Made by a program: the position numbers and the translations under genes. From positions 124,001-188,000 of the forward strand of contig OZ037846.1 in the NCBI GenBank assembly GCA_964035575.1: 64,000 bases of DNA, given 5' to 3'. A model generated the notes under the pieces. The model saw only the letters and a program-made list of their open reading frames with translations. It did not search any database and was not told where the DNA came from. Of the stretch, positions 35,385 through 47,300 are shown in pieces. Source of the DNA: Rhynchopus sp. YZ270_cl-10. Lineage: Eukaryota. Each line of letters begins with the position of its first letter. Position 1 is the first letter of the stretch.

Positions 35385-36248
35385 TTTTATTTTCGGAAAT
35401 ATTGTCCCTCTGCACAAATCCTACAGCGACGTTGGAAATATGGGTTCTATATTTTCGGCTACTTTACAGCCAATTTTACATGTACCGGGTAATATTATAG
35501 TATTTGGCACAGAAATATTAGAATGTACACAAATCGTGGGTAAAATCCGAAATAGAAATATTATAATTTTTTCGGCCAAAAAAAAATTTTTTTTGACCGT
35601 GTCGCAGAGTGAAAAATCGACCGAAATTTTCGATTTTGGTGTTGCAAAATTTTTCGAAAATCCTGAAAAGTGCTCAAAAACACGTGAAAACACATGTATA
35701 GGAACCCCATATGGGCCCAGCATTGCCCAGGCTTGGTGAAAATTTTTCCTGCATGGGGGCCCTCCGGGCCCCCAGGAACCATTGCGACCCGATTGGTTCA
35801 CGTTACTGAAAAATTTGGTCCCTAAGACACACACGTGGTTAACATACCCCTGAAAAACACCCTACATCCACATAACGATCAACGTCCCAAAGTGACAAAG
35901 TGTTCCAGCTACCCCCATCCCCCACGTCGGTAAATATCATCATATAAATGAATTTGAACCCCTCTCCTTCCAGCACACCAACATACACATTTTGACACAC
36001 AAGATACAACTGAACCATAACAGGGGTTTTTTGACACACAGAATACGAGCGGATTTGTGCGTCGGGACAATATTACCGAAAATGAAAATATGAATTTTCT
36101 GGAAATATAGCACCATATTTCCTTCGGTACCCCCAATGCTGCTTCGGTCGACGATTTCCCTCGCCTTCGGCTCGGGAAATCGTATCCCTCAGCAGCATTG
36201 GGGGTACCTCAGGAAATATGAGTACTATATTTCCAGAAAAAATATACT
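35385..36248 (-). mobile_element. Insertion with a terminal long hairpin (36094-36240) and an asymmetric inverted repeat (35385-35420 / 36050-36088)
   Basis: Interrupts the host element's subterminal sequence (compare 752-800). Hairpin apex is CTCGCCTTCGGCTCG. Confidence 0.7.
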
Positions 36249-37266
36249 AAAAAAAGTACTTTTCCGAACCGTGAATATTGGCAACCAAAAAAAAGAGCCA
36301 ATACTTACAATTACAAGAAAACCCCTAAAATCCGCCAATATTAGTTGGTCGCCCAGTTTCTTGTCCTACGGTATATCGAGACCGTCTAGGATTCGATAGA
36401 AGGAAAAATCCGACTTCGACGGTCGCCAACTGCTCTTAGGAGAAGATTATTTTCGTTGAACGCAGCCAAAAAAAATATAAAAAAAAACATGTGTGAGATC
36501 TGAATTCCTCTTGCACACATCTGAAGGGGATAAGGGGAAAATGTTGTTGAAGGTGCAAAAATGCGTCCACGGACGAAAGGCACCATAGAAGAGAAGAGGT
36601 CAGGAGACAGAGTATAAAATGCATTTTGCATTTTTTGTTTTTTTTTTGAAAACTTGGTTGTATTCGTGTAGCCACCCTAGAGTGTGCTCCACTATTTTTT
36701 TTTTTTTGGTTTTCTTTGCAAAGAAAAGAGCTATGACACCCCTCACCTCCACCTGCACACGTTCGGGTGGGGAGTGAGGGACTTGGGGAGGGGGGATTCT
36801 TGGGGGAGGGAACACGACGACACTTGTCATACCAACACATGTTACAAAGCACAATAACAAGCACAAAAGAGTTAACGATAAATACTGCTTGTTATGTCAT
36901 TCGTTGAAGGACAAATGTCGTCGTGGATGAATGTCGCATCTTTCAGTCAAATAGCGAACACCCTTTTTTGGTGTAAAAACAAACCATTGAAACAAAACGA
37001 CGCGAAGCGCACAACACACAACACAACAGACAGCGCGCAGAAATACAATGAAAAGGGAAAAAACCCCCTCCATTTCTGCACACTGCACAACGGACGCAGT
37101 ACACAAAACAAAAAGCTTTGAAGGATGAATCCACGCATACATCACATCCATTTTTTTTCTTCTTTTTCTTCAAAAAAGTAAAAACGTTAATAAGATCTAA
37201 CCAAAAAGATAGGCGGTGGTTTTGGGGTAATGATTGTACCCACTTTCAATTCTTTGCCCACTCTGT

Positions 37267-38556
37267 TCACACGGTGCTGTTGCGCTTCATGGATTTGTAC
37301 AAAATGTCCTCGAGGCCACTGGGCGAGACAGCCCCCTCCACTTTGTAGGTCTCTACATTCGCCGCCACCCAAGCGGGCGAATTGTAGTCCTGCACGGAAA
37401 TGCCGCCGGTGAAGGTGATATCCGTACACGGGCGGTCAGCGAAGCATATCAGGGACCCAGCCTGGTCGACGTAGTCCGCTGTGACGTGCTCGTACGTGAT
37501 ATTTGTGATATCCGTCAGCGGCGTGCCCGCAACGAGGGTCCCTTCGTAAGGGTATGTCGTGTCAATCCCGATGATGACCTTAGCGTGAAGCAAGGTGTTG
37601 TCCTTGAAATGCACGTTTTTCACGTATGCGCCACGTGTCGCAGCGGTTTTGATGTGCAGGCCATGAGACAACGTGCCTTCCTTCTTGTCAATACTGTTGT
37701 TGTACACGAAGATGTCCGAAATGCCCCCAGACACCTCCGACCCAAGAGAGATGCCGTGTCCGTGGATGAAGGTGTTGTGCTGGACGGTGATGTTCTGTGA
37801 GGGCATGCCATACGCGAGACCAGCCTCGTTGATGCCAGACTTGATTGCGATGAAGTCGTCTCCACAGTCGATGGTGCAGTGCTCAATAAGCACATTCTGT
37901 GCAGAGTCGGGGTCAATACCGTCAGTGTTTGGACTATCCGCAGGCGCATAGATGTTAACGTCATGCACCCAGATGTTCTTACTGTACACAAAATGAAGGG
38001 TCCAGAAGGGTGAGTTCTCAATCGACACCTCCCGCACCTCGATTCCTTCGCTCCATTGAAATTCAACAAGGTGAGGCCGTCCTGCAGCAAGCGTGCCCGC
38101 ATGACCACGTGTCCACCAGTATGAGCCACTTCCATCGATTGTTCCCCCTCCAGAGATGGTGATGTTTGTCTGGTTGAGCCCCCAGAGGATGGGTTGGTGG
38201 CGTGCGTAGACGGGGGCTAGTGTGTCGCGTGAGGTGCCGTAGGAAGGGAGTGGCGCGACGATAGGGAAGAGGGAGGTGTCGGCAGCTCCGCGCAGTGTTG
38301 CGCCGTGCTCCACTACAAGGTTGATGTTGCTCGTGAGGTTGACTGCCCCGATGACGTATGTGTCCGGTTTTTGGTTCAGGTAAGGTACAATGACATTGCC
38401 GCCGCCTGCAGAAGAGACCGTGTGCAGGGCCTGCAGCAGTGCTGCGGTGCAGAGTGTCGCGTTGTCTCCTACAGCACCTAGGTCTGTGATGCGTACATCG
38501 AGTGCGCCCACGTAGGCGCAGAGCGTAGCGAGCGTGAACAGACGCATGGTTGGCAT
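37267..38556 (-). CDS. Secreted glycoside hydrolase family 28 (polygalacturonase-like), intronless, ~429 aa
   Basis: Signal peptide MRLFTLATLCAYVGA; GH28 motifs SPNTDG, GDD, GHG and HIK (at the RIK position); also GAVGD and GGGTIDGSG. Confidence 0.93.
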   Translation of the reverse strand: MPTMRLFTLATLCAYVGALDVRITDLGAVGDNATLCTAALLQALHTVSSAGGGNVIVPYLNQKPDTYVIGAVNLTSNINLVVEHGATLRGAADTSLFPIVAPLPSYGTSRDTLAPVYARHQPILWGLNQTNITISGGGTIDGSGSYWWTRGHAGTLAAGRPHLVEFQWSEGIEVREVSIENSPFWTLHFVYSKNIWVHDVNIYAPADSPNTDGIDPDSAQNVLIEHCTIDCGDDFIAIKSGINEAGLAYGMPSQNITVQHNTFIHGHGISLGSEVSGGISDIFVYNNSIDKKEGTLSHGLHIKTAATRGAYVKNVHFKDNTLLHAKVIIGIDTTYPYEGTLVAGTPLTDITNITYEHVTADYVDQAGSLICFADRPCTDITFTGGISVQDYNSPAWVAANVETYKVEGAVSPSGLEDILYKSMKRNSTV

Positions 38557-39356
38557 ATTTATACAAAACCACAAAAGAATAACCCCTGTATTGTTTGAGG
38601 GGGAAAATGATGTGGTGTGGATGTGAACGGAAGATGGCAACGTATTTAGACATTTTATATGACATAATATACCAAAGTATGACAATGTACCTTGGTGTAT
38701 GTCCGGTGCACGGTGGGGGGGTGGAGGGAGTGATTAATCTCTGAGTGGCGTAATCAAAAGAAGGGAGGGGAGTTTTTTCCTGTATTTTGTTATTCACATT
38801 CTGCCCATTTTTTTTGCTTTTTTTGGGCACCCCATTTTTGGAAATTATTAAAAGAAACGCTAGTGAGAACACAAAGGGTGCAAAAAAAAAAAAGTTGTAG
38901 TGATTGATGGAGGTACAGGTACACACTTCCAACTGAACCGCGTTGTGATGCCCCGCCCTTTTCATTCTCTTGTTTGATGAAGTCGAAGAAAAGATCAAAG
39001 ATGAATGATATACTGCGTTTTGAAAAAATATGGACCAGAAAAATCCATAAAAAAAATCCCAAAAGGTCCATGATTGTTCTGGTTCATAGTTTTTCAAAAC
39101 TCGGTATTACGCCCCTAAGATCAAAGAAAACTTTATAAGATGATCCTAAGCCTCTCGTGCTTAGTCACCTCGATCAAAGATGAATGATAGATTGTACACT
39201 TTCTACGTGTGCACACACATTCTCTCACCAAACTGTACTACAAGCACCTTTTTGTTCAAACAAACGTCCTTTCAAATAACACAAAGATTCACACATTCAA
39301 GCTAAGAGAAGAGAAAAAAAAACTGAGAGGAAGCCAAAACCTAAACTGAAAAATTT

Positions 39357-39395
<39 letters not shown>

Positions 39396-40491
39396 AAAGA
39401 GAATGTTTGTAAGATGATCCTAAGCCTCTTAAGTCACCGGAAAAAGGGAAAAAATTCAAACAAAAGAGAAAAAAGAGGAAAAAGAGCTCACACAGAACAC
39501 ATGAGAGGTGTTGTATTTGTTACCCTCCTCTTTGTTCCCCCTTTTTGGGGGGAGGGGGAAGAGAAGAAGGAGGGGGGGAGAAACAAGAGTGGCATCGATA
39601 TCTATAAATCGCTATATTTTTTTTTTCTTCTTTGAAAACTTGGTTGTATTAGTGTAGCCACCCGAGAGTGTGCTCCACTATAACTTCTTTTTTTTAAAAA
39701 ATCCACCTGATTTTTACCCCGCGTGCAGGTCCTAAACGCGCCTATACGCAGGGTAAAAAAAAAATCAGATGGTAAAATATAGTGTGTCAACAACATTACC
39801 CTGTCTGAAGACAGGGTTCTGTTGCAAACACGTAAATGATTCCCAGAGGGCTATTGAATAGTATTCCTTTTGAAAAAAAAAATTTTTTTTTTGTCAACAA
39901 AGCTCTGTGCGAATGCACTATGGCAACACAGGAAGATAACTACAAAAAAAAAAGTAAAAATTGAGGCAAATTGAATAAAAAAAAATGGGTAATGGGGGGG
40001 AGAAAAAAATGAAGTCTAATTGATAAATGAACGCATGGACGTTACGAAGAGAAAAAACATGAAGATGAGTATGCCTCAGGTGCATACACATCATGAAACT
40101 AAAAAAAAATGGCACAAAAGCGTGAAAAAAAAACGGCTTTGTGAAAAGAGCGAACAAATTTGGCACCAAAAAAAAAAAAAAAAAAAAGCTAACTCTCGGA
40201 CGGGTGTCGTTTTCAAAATAGGTGAAGGAGGTGCAACTATGAAGTGAATTTCAGATACTTTCCAAAGAACAGAAAGAACACAAGGACGTTCTAATACAAA
40301 TGCATCCAAAAAGGAAGCTAAAAAGCTGAACATGCCTCTCGTGCACGTACATCTCAAAAGCGTGGAAAAAAAAAACACCCCCATTTTATATCCCATGCTA
40401 ACAAAAGCATTACGGGGAGTTCGTTAATCGAAAAAAACATAAAGAAAAGTTTATAAGATGACCCTAAAAAGCCTCTCGTGCTTAGTCACAT

Positions 40492-40632
40492 TTGGGGTGT
40501 TCCGGGGTAAGGAATTAGGGCAATTTTCATTTCAAATTCACAACTCTTCACAAAAAAGTGTGTGTGAAGAGTTGTGAAAAGTTGTGAAAACTTGTGAAGA
40601 TTGCCAAAATTCCATACCCCGGAACACCCCAA
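40492..40632. mobile_element. Small MITE-like element, TIR TTGGGGTGTTCCGGGGTA
   Basis: ~25-bp inverted termini; TSD unclear. Confidence 0.6.
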
Positions 40633-42202
40633 CCTTACATAAAAGAGAAGGGTACCTTGGGAGAAGAGAAAAAAAAAATGAAGGAAACATACACATGCAC
40701 TTTGTCAACGCACTAAGAACGGCCTTCTCCCTTTTTGAAAACATTCGAGCAGAGTCCCCACCATTTTGAAAAAAAAAATATTCTGTTTTTTTTCACTCCA
40801 GCCGCATCTAAGCGACGAGGGTAACGTTCAGAAAGGGCTCACTAGCTAAATGCTAGTTTGTCGCTGGAAAATCGGAAAACCTAAAGACCCACAGAGGGCC
40901 AGACCAATAAATTGCGATACAGATCATCCCAAGAGTTGTGGCCGTATTGTGATAATTGCACCCCATCACTATACATAATGCACAGCATAACACAGCCATT
41001 AACCTAGAGGGGATGATCGACACTTTAAAACGTTTTGAAAAATAGGTGATGGAGCACGCTACGTCCAGAGTCGAAAAAAAAAAAAAAAAGAAAAAAAAAA
41101 AAGATGAAAAGTGCAAACGCCCCACCACAGTCTCGTTTAGTGCACACCCCACCAGAGGAGCCTCCCTCTCGTTATTCTTCTACATCCCACACCACACCCA
41201 ACAAGGACGCATTTAACTGTATCTTTCAGGTCGAAGGAAAGCAATATCAGAAAATGGACAAATCACAAAAAAAATGCGCTTTCTTGGATTTTTGTTTTTG
41301 TCCTTTTTTTTTTTCTCTAAAATCAAGATTTTTTTCTCTCGAAAAAATACCCCTCGCTTCACACCATCCTTTTCAGTGTGAGACACACATTGAGGAAATC
41401 TGGTGTGCAACCCACAAAAGGGTGTTTTCTCCAAAAAAAAAAAAAATCAAAATACTGAAAGATTACTTGAAGGGTCCGCTGAGGAAGGAGAGAGAGAGAG
41501 GAGGGATTTTTTTGTACTGAGACAGCCACAATGCGTTTTTGAAGGCGATGGTGCAAAAAATGATTAATATTTTCAGTCGAAAGATGTATTTTTTTTGTTT
41601 TGCTTTTTTGCGACGAGAAGAATATCGGATCAGCGAAGCTACTCACGTCCTTATTCAAAAAAAAAAGAAAAAGAGTTTCGTATTCGTAGAAATGTTCGAC
41701 CGTAAAAAAGGTCGAACTTTTAGAAAAATCCTGAAAATGTCGAACATTTTTACGGTCGAACATTACTGTACTAATATTCTACTGTAAAAAAAGGTCGAAC
41801 TTCCTGAAAAAAATCTTGAAAAGGTAGAACAGTATTACGTTACGGTCAAACATATTTACGAACACTAGTACGGTCGATAATTTTTTTACGAATACGGTAG
41901 TTGAAACGTGCTAAAAGGCACTCTGAGATGCTCAGTCGAAAAAAAAATATCAAATCATAAAAAGCCTCTCCAACCATAAGGTCTTTACATGCTCACTACA
42001 CCGTACGGCTGAATTGATTTCAAAGAGAGAGGGAAGAAAAGAAGAGATGCCAAAAATATGCCCCAAACAGGCAATACACTCAGTCATAGTTCATCACGAA
42101 AAAATTAAAAAAAAAATTCCTTCAAAAAAAATGTGTGAAAAGGAAGGGGTGAGAATAGCTAGACTGGGCAAAATGGGAAAAGAAACAAAAAAGGAAAAAT
42201 AA

Positions 42203-43487
42203 CTATTTATTCAACGCCTTTTAGCGTGGTTTTTTTTTTTTTGCGATAACTTCACGCATTTTTTTCCCAGGCGAGTGGTAGTTAATTTGCCGAGCGAAGC
42301 GAGGCAAATTGAATCCACGAGCCTGGGAAAAAAATAAGTGAAGTATCGCAAAAAAATTCGCTAAAAGGCGTTGAATACGTAATTTTATTTCACGTTAAAT
42401 AAAGTATACGAAAGGATTTGGCACTTTTAGCGTGACTCATTTATTGTGCAATAACTAACGAGTATGTGTCCCTCCGGGCAGCCCTCATTACCCTCCCGCC
42501 AGCGCTACCGGGAATCCCACGGGACCCCTAGCTAGGCTAGCGGGACTCCCGCTGGGGGGGCTGGCGTACCTGAGGGGCTGGAGGGAGGCTAAAAAAGGCT
42601 GGAGGGTCCCTCCAGCCCCGTTACCCTCCCGCGGGGGAACCTGCAAAAACCCGGTAAACTGGGCCCGGGTGCTAGCGGGAGGTCGGGAAATGGCTGTCGT
42701 GCAAGAGCGAGAGACATTCAGAAGATCCCCGCCCATCGCAGAATATCATGTCAGCACCGCCTTCCTCACAATGAAGTAAGGGGGTGGTGTGTCCTTCGTC
42801 TTGATAGGTAATGAAGGAGTCGATTTCTTGTTTCGTAAGTGAGGAGTGTCTTGGACTGTCGTGTCGGTAGCCGGTCTCGTGTTGCTTCAAGAGACACACG
42901 AGCCTGCGGAAACTGGTATTGCAGTTGCACCCATACTTCCTCACCAATATGCTGCTCAGCTTACTGAACGCTGTCCATTACGACGACAATTTGATGCACT
43001 ATGCACAAAACAAAGTCGGCTTCCGTGGGCTGACCGTTGGGCTTCCCTTAAAAAGCGGTCCCATTCACGGATGTACGGTGTCGACGATGCTAGTCGTTCA
43101 ACAAAACCACTGTAGTGCTCGTCCATCTCTTGTCGGAGGACCGTTTGCGTCTTAGATCCTTCGGCATGTTGCGTGTGTCAAAAAAAAAAATGGGAAAAGT
43201 GCAAAAAAAAATCGCAATTTTCAATTTTTAGGCGGGTGGTGGTGCAGGATGTACCAAAAATTAGCGTGAAGTTATCGCCAAAAAAAACCCCTGTTTTAGC
43301 GTGAAAAAAACAAAAATAAAATCACGCTCCTAAGGAATTGCAGTGAAAAAAAGTGAAAATGCGTGAAATAAAGTTCAATTAGCGTGGTTTTTATTTGCGA
43401 AAAAAACACGGCGTGAAATTATCATTAAAAAGAATCACGCTAAAAGTGCCAAATCCTTCGTATACTTTATTTAACTGTGGAATAAAA
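42203..43487 (+). mobile_element. Element with a terminal long hairpin (~42208-42377, apex CGAGCGAAGCGAG) and an asymmetric inverted repeat (42384-42437 / 43433-43487)
   Basis: Base-pairing read directly; same layout as 35385-36248 and 57463-58178. Confidence 0.7.
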
Positions 43488-44337
43488 GGAAAATTTGAAA
43501 GATAAAAAATGCCACCTGATACAATTGAAGAAACCACAAAGGTGGAAATACAATGTAAGGTGGCAGTGTGAGTTCTAGATTAGGGGATTTTCATTGTGTT
43601 TGCAAAAAAAAAGAGGCTACCAATTGACACGCAATCAATCACTCAACTAACTATCCTCGTTTTTCGGTGGATAATAGCCTATAGTACTTTGTGGAAAATC
43701 CGGAGGGGAAGAAAGGGGGAAAAAAAGCTATTTTTTTCTTGAAAATAAGGAAAAGAAAAGTTCTTTTTATTGTTATTTGCCTTCTTGGAAGAAAAAAAGG
43801 GAAGGAAAGTGTTTTTTTTTTTTTTTTGAAAACTTCGTTGTATTGGTGTAGCCACCCTAGAGTGTGCTCCGCTATACTAAACACGTTTTTTTTTTACCTC
43901 CCCAACCTCTGGCCTTGGGGGAAGGGGGGGTTTTTTTTGACAACAATAACAACACACAAAAAAAAAACAGGTTGTTTTGTGCACACACAACTCTACTATC
44001 ACATTTTTTTTTTTTTTTTTGCGACAACTACGAAAAAAAGAAACTAAAAATAACCAAAATTGACAAATTCACATTTTTTTTTTATACTCTAATCTTTTAG
44101 CAGGAAATATCCCACTATAACAACTACAAAGGGAGGGGTACATTCTTTTTTAATGCAATGATGAATACTTAAGCCCCATCGCTTTTTGGGCACCCCAAAA
44201 AAAGGAAAATAAATTGTTTTCGTAAGATAAAACTTCGCATTAACACCTCTCATCCTCTCTTACGTCACCTAAAGAAACAACTCATTTTTTTTGTTTGAAA
44301 CCCCCAAATAATTCTTCCCAAAAAAAAAAATTACCTT

Positions 44338-47300
44338 TTATTTCTGGTCGAAATTCATACTATCAATGGGGTTTCCTACTGGACGGATCAGGGTCGGGTC
44401 AACCCCATCTGTGTACGTTCCATCCACCCATTGGATTAAAACCGAACCATCTGTGTTTGCATTCCGCACGGTCCCCATACTCCAGGCTCCGTTCCAAAAG
44501 ACGTCTACGGTTTGCCCAACGAGGTGGTGGTTTGGGCTGGCCACATCCTCATCAATGACCGGGACTACCCCATGACGTTTGTGGTCCAATCTGAGCTCTG
44601 GAGATGTCAGCCCTTTTGTGGCGGACCCATCCTCCCACCGCACGTCGTAGGTCCCATTCGCTGCGTTGCGCTCTGTGATCACTGCTGGGTAGAAATCGCT
44701 GTTGTGCCACGCAAGAACGTTGTCGCCAATACAGAATAGGCCTTCAGAGCGTTCGCGGACGTCCGCAGGGTGGACTCCGCGTGTTACCATGCCCTCCTCG
44801 CCCCAGTCTACAGTGTAGGATCCGTCGTCTTCTTGGGAAACAATGCGGGCAGCTGCCCATTCGCCGTTGTAGTTAACGTCTACAGGACAGCCTGGTGGGA
44901 AGCCTGTTGTGGGTGACATATCCATCGGTTGGAGCTCGTCAGAGTCGTGTTTGCTGAAGGCAAACACATCTGGGTCGCTTTTGTTGTTATTGACGTCGTC
45001 CCAGGTTCCGTGAGGAGATGCTGGCTCTTCTTTGTAGCGTGTTTCCTCGTCCTTCTTCCCGCAGCAGCAGCACAGTATAATAATGCAAATGAGGCACAAA
45101 AGGACTGCCCCTGCAATGATAAGCCAGAACCACCATTCATCTGTGATGTTGCTGTTCGAAGAGCCGACTGGGGTTACGGTAGGTGTGGGTGTGGCCTGTG
45201 TGATTTTTGAGGAATTTTTCAAAGATGGGTTGTTTTTTACAAAACGATGAAGAATGAATATGTCTCGGATGCATACGCATCTGACAAAGAAACAAATTTT
45301 GTTATTTGAAACGAAAGAAAACAATCATACCGCAGCCCCAACGAGGGCTTCGTACTTCGACGCGCCAAGCGGCTGCAGCGTGCCGTTGGGTTTGAGCATG
45401 TCTGCCGTGATGAGCCCACTCGCGAGGTTCTTCTTGTTGTTGTCGATGCTCGGTGTGGTGGTATCAATAGGGATGAGGTCGTACTCGATGTACGTCTTCG
45501 AGGAGTTGTCCTGCAGGGCGGCGGCAAAGCGGCCCGCCGTGGTGCTGCGCTTGCAGCCGCCGTTAAGGAAGCGCTGCTCGGTACGTGTGCACACCATCTC
45601 GGGGCACACTGAGTCGGGACACGACCAGAGAAGAGAGGGCACCACAGCGGAGTCCTGTGGTGTTGCGGTGTGTGTACAATTTGTGATTATTATTTTTCCA
45701 GCAAAAACTGAACAACTTATGTTAATGTGATGACTCCAAAGAACAAAAAGGACAGAACAACAGTGTGTATTATTGAAAAATCCCTCTCGTACAGAATACC
45801 TTAGTACGTGGCAGGTCCACCGGGGTGGACCCAACCAGACCCTACTCATCGGTCAGAAAAGACAGTGGAGCTTGCACAGGTGGCAACTCCAATATTCCTA
45901 CAATTTTTCAAAAAAAGTTGGTGAGGTGAACCCAAGCCTTGTGTGTAGTCAAGAGAGACGGGAGAGATGGCATGCATACCTGAATGACCTGCTTCACGCC
46001 TTCCAGGAAGCGGTTTGCGTCGAAGCTCGCGAAAGGTGTGTCGACAATCATTCTGAAGACAGCGTCAATGAGGTTTGTCTCTGCAGGGGCAACAGTTCTG
46101 ATGTTCGACACGATTTCTGAGGTGTGTGTGGGTTGTGGTGTAGCTAAGACAAAAGGGTTGTCAGGCCGCAATGTTGAAGCAACTGTGGGTAATTCCTAAG
46201 GGCAAACCATTGTCCATTGCCCATTGTGTGTGTAGGGGTTGAATGACATACCTGACTTGCCCGAGCCGTAGTCGATCTTGGGGTCGATAGTTGTGCCCGT
46301 GGCCACCTGGTAGGCCTCAGCCAGCTTCGGGAAGGTGTGCTTCTTGCTGGTAAAGGCGCTGTTCATTGCTTGCAGCACAGCGCTTTCATTGGACAGACCC
46401 AACACGTTCAGGGTGTGCTGCACTAAGGCTCCCTCCGCCTGTTGTGGTGTTTTTGAATTTTAATTATCTACACAAACATCTCATAGCTGACACACTGCAT
46501 CACGGAGTCTGTTGCAGAACTCAACGAACACAAGCAGACCTCACGCTTCTTATCAGAATAAGGAGGAAGGCTCAATGAGTCTAATATGCAGCAGAACAAC
46601 CACCATTGGGGCAACATTATAAAACAAAAACAAAGACACCATACCGGCGCGACAGCGTCCACCATACGTGCAGTCACCCTCGACGGATGCACCTCGTACT
46701 GCGCAGCGAGGTCGTACCTTGCCGCCTCTGCCAACACCGTCTTCTGTGTGTCGGTCACCTTCGAGAGGTCCACGTTGGTCACGGCAGCCACCATCGAGGA
46801 CACGAAGGGGCGCAGGTTCGTCACCACTGCGGACTTTTCGACGTCGACGTTGGCGTCTACGTTCTCTCCTGTCAGCGATGCGTAGGCCGCCTCGGTCCTG
46901 GGGAGTGTGATGGTGCGCTCTAGATAGGCCTTTTGGATGTTGGCGAGGAGGAGCTCGGGTTGGACGAGGTTCTCGGTGTTGACGCTGTAGAAGAAGACGC
47001 TGCCGTTGGAGCTAGCGTGGTCCATGATCTGCAGCGAGATGCGCGAGGTCGAGGTGCCAAAGGCCCCTGCCAGGTCTTGCGTCGCAGCCACCGTGAGTGC
47101 ATTGATGTTTGCCTGCGTCATGCCCACAATCGAGATGTTCTGCACCACCAGATACGCCACCTCCGGCACCACGACTGGAGGTGCCGGACCGGTTGGCGTA
47201 GGTGTGGTCCCAGGTGGAGACCGTGTCAACGGAGGCTGCACAATCGTGCTCCCGGAGGTGTACCGCACAACACGAGAGTTCTTCGCTTGGACAGGACGTG

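Larger units (their letters stand above)
22502..36273. mobile_element. 13.8-kb composite TIR element (CACGGTTCGGAAAAGTACTTT), 6-bp TSD AATATT, enlarged by nested insertions
   Basis: Perfect 21-bp TIRs; AATATT at 22496-22501 and 36274-36279. The empty paralogous site AGTAATATTTGCAACC is at ~17351. Confidence 0.93.

Noticed and set aside
41676..41897. Possible TA-flanked MITE with GTCGAAC subrepeats
   Set aside because: The left terminus is degenerate and the boundaries cannot be fixed.
46468..46644. C-terminus of the 2566-aa ORF (VWCLCFCF...) as a TM anchor, and its first 47 aa as the N-terminus
   Set aside because: The tail is intron read-through after the donor at 46644. The ATG at 54027 gives a signal peptide directly ahead of domain 1.
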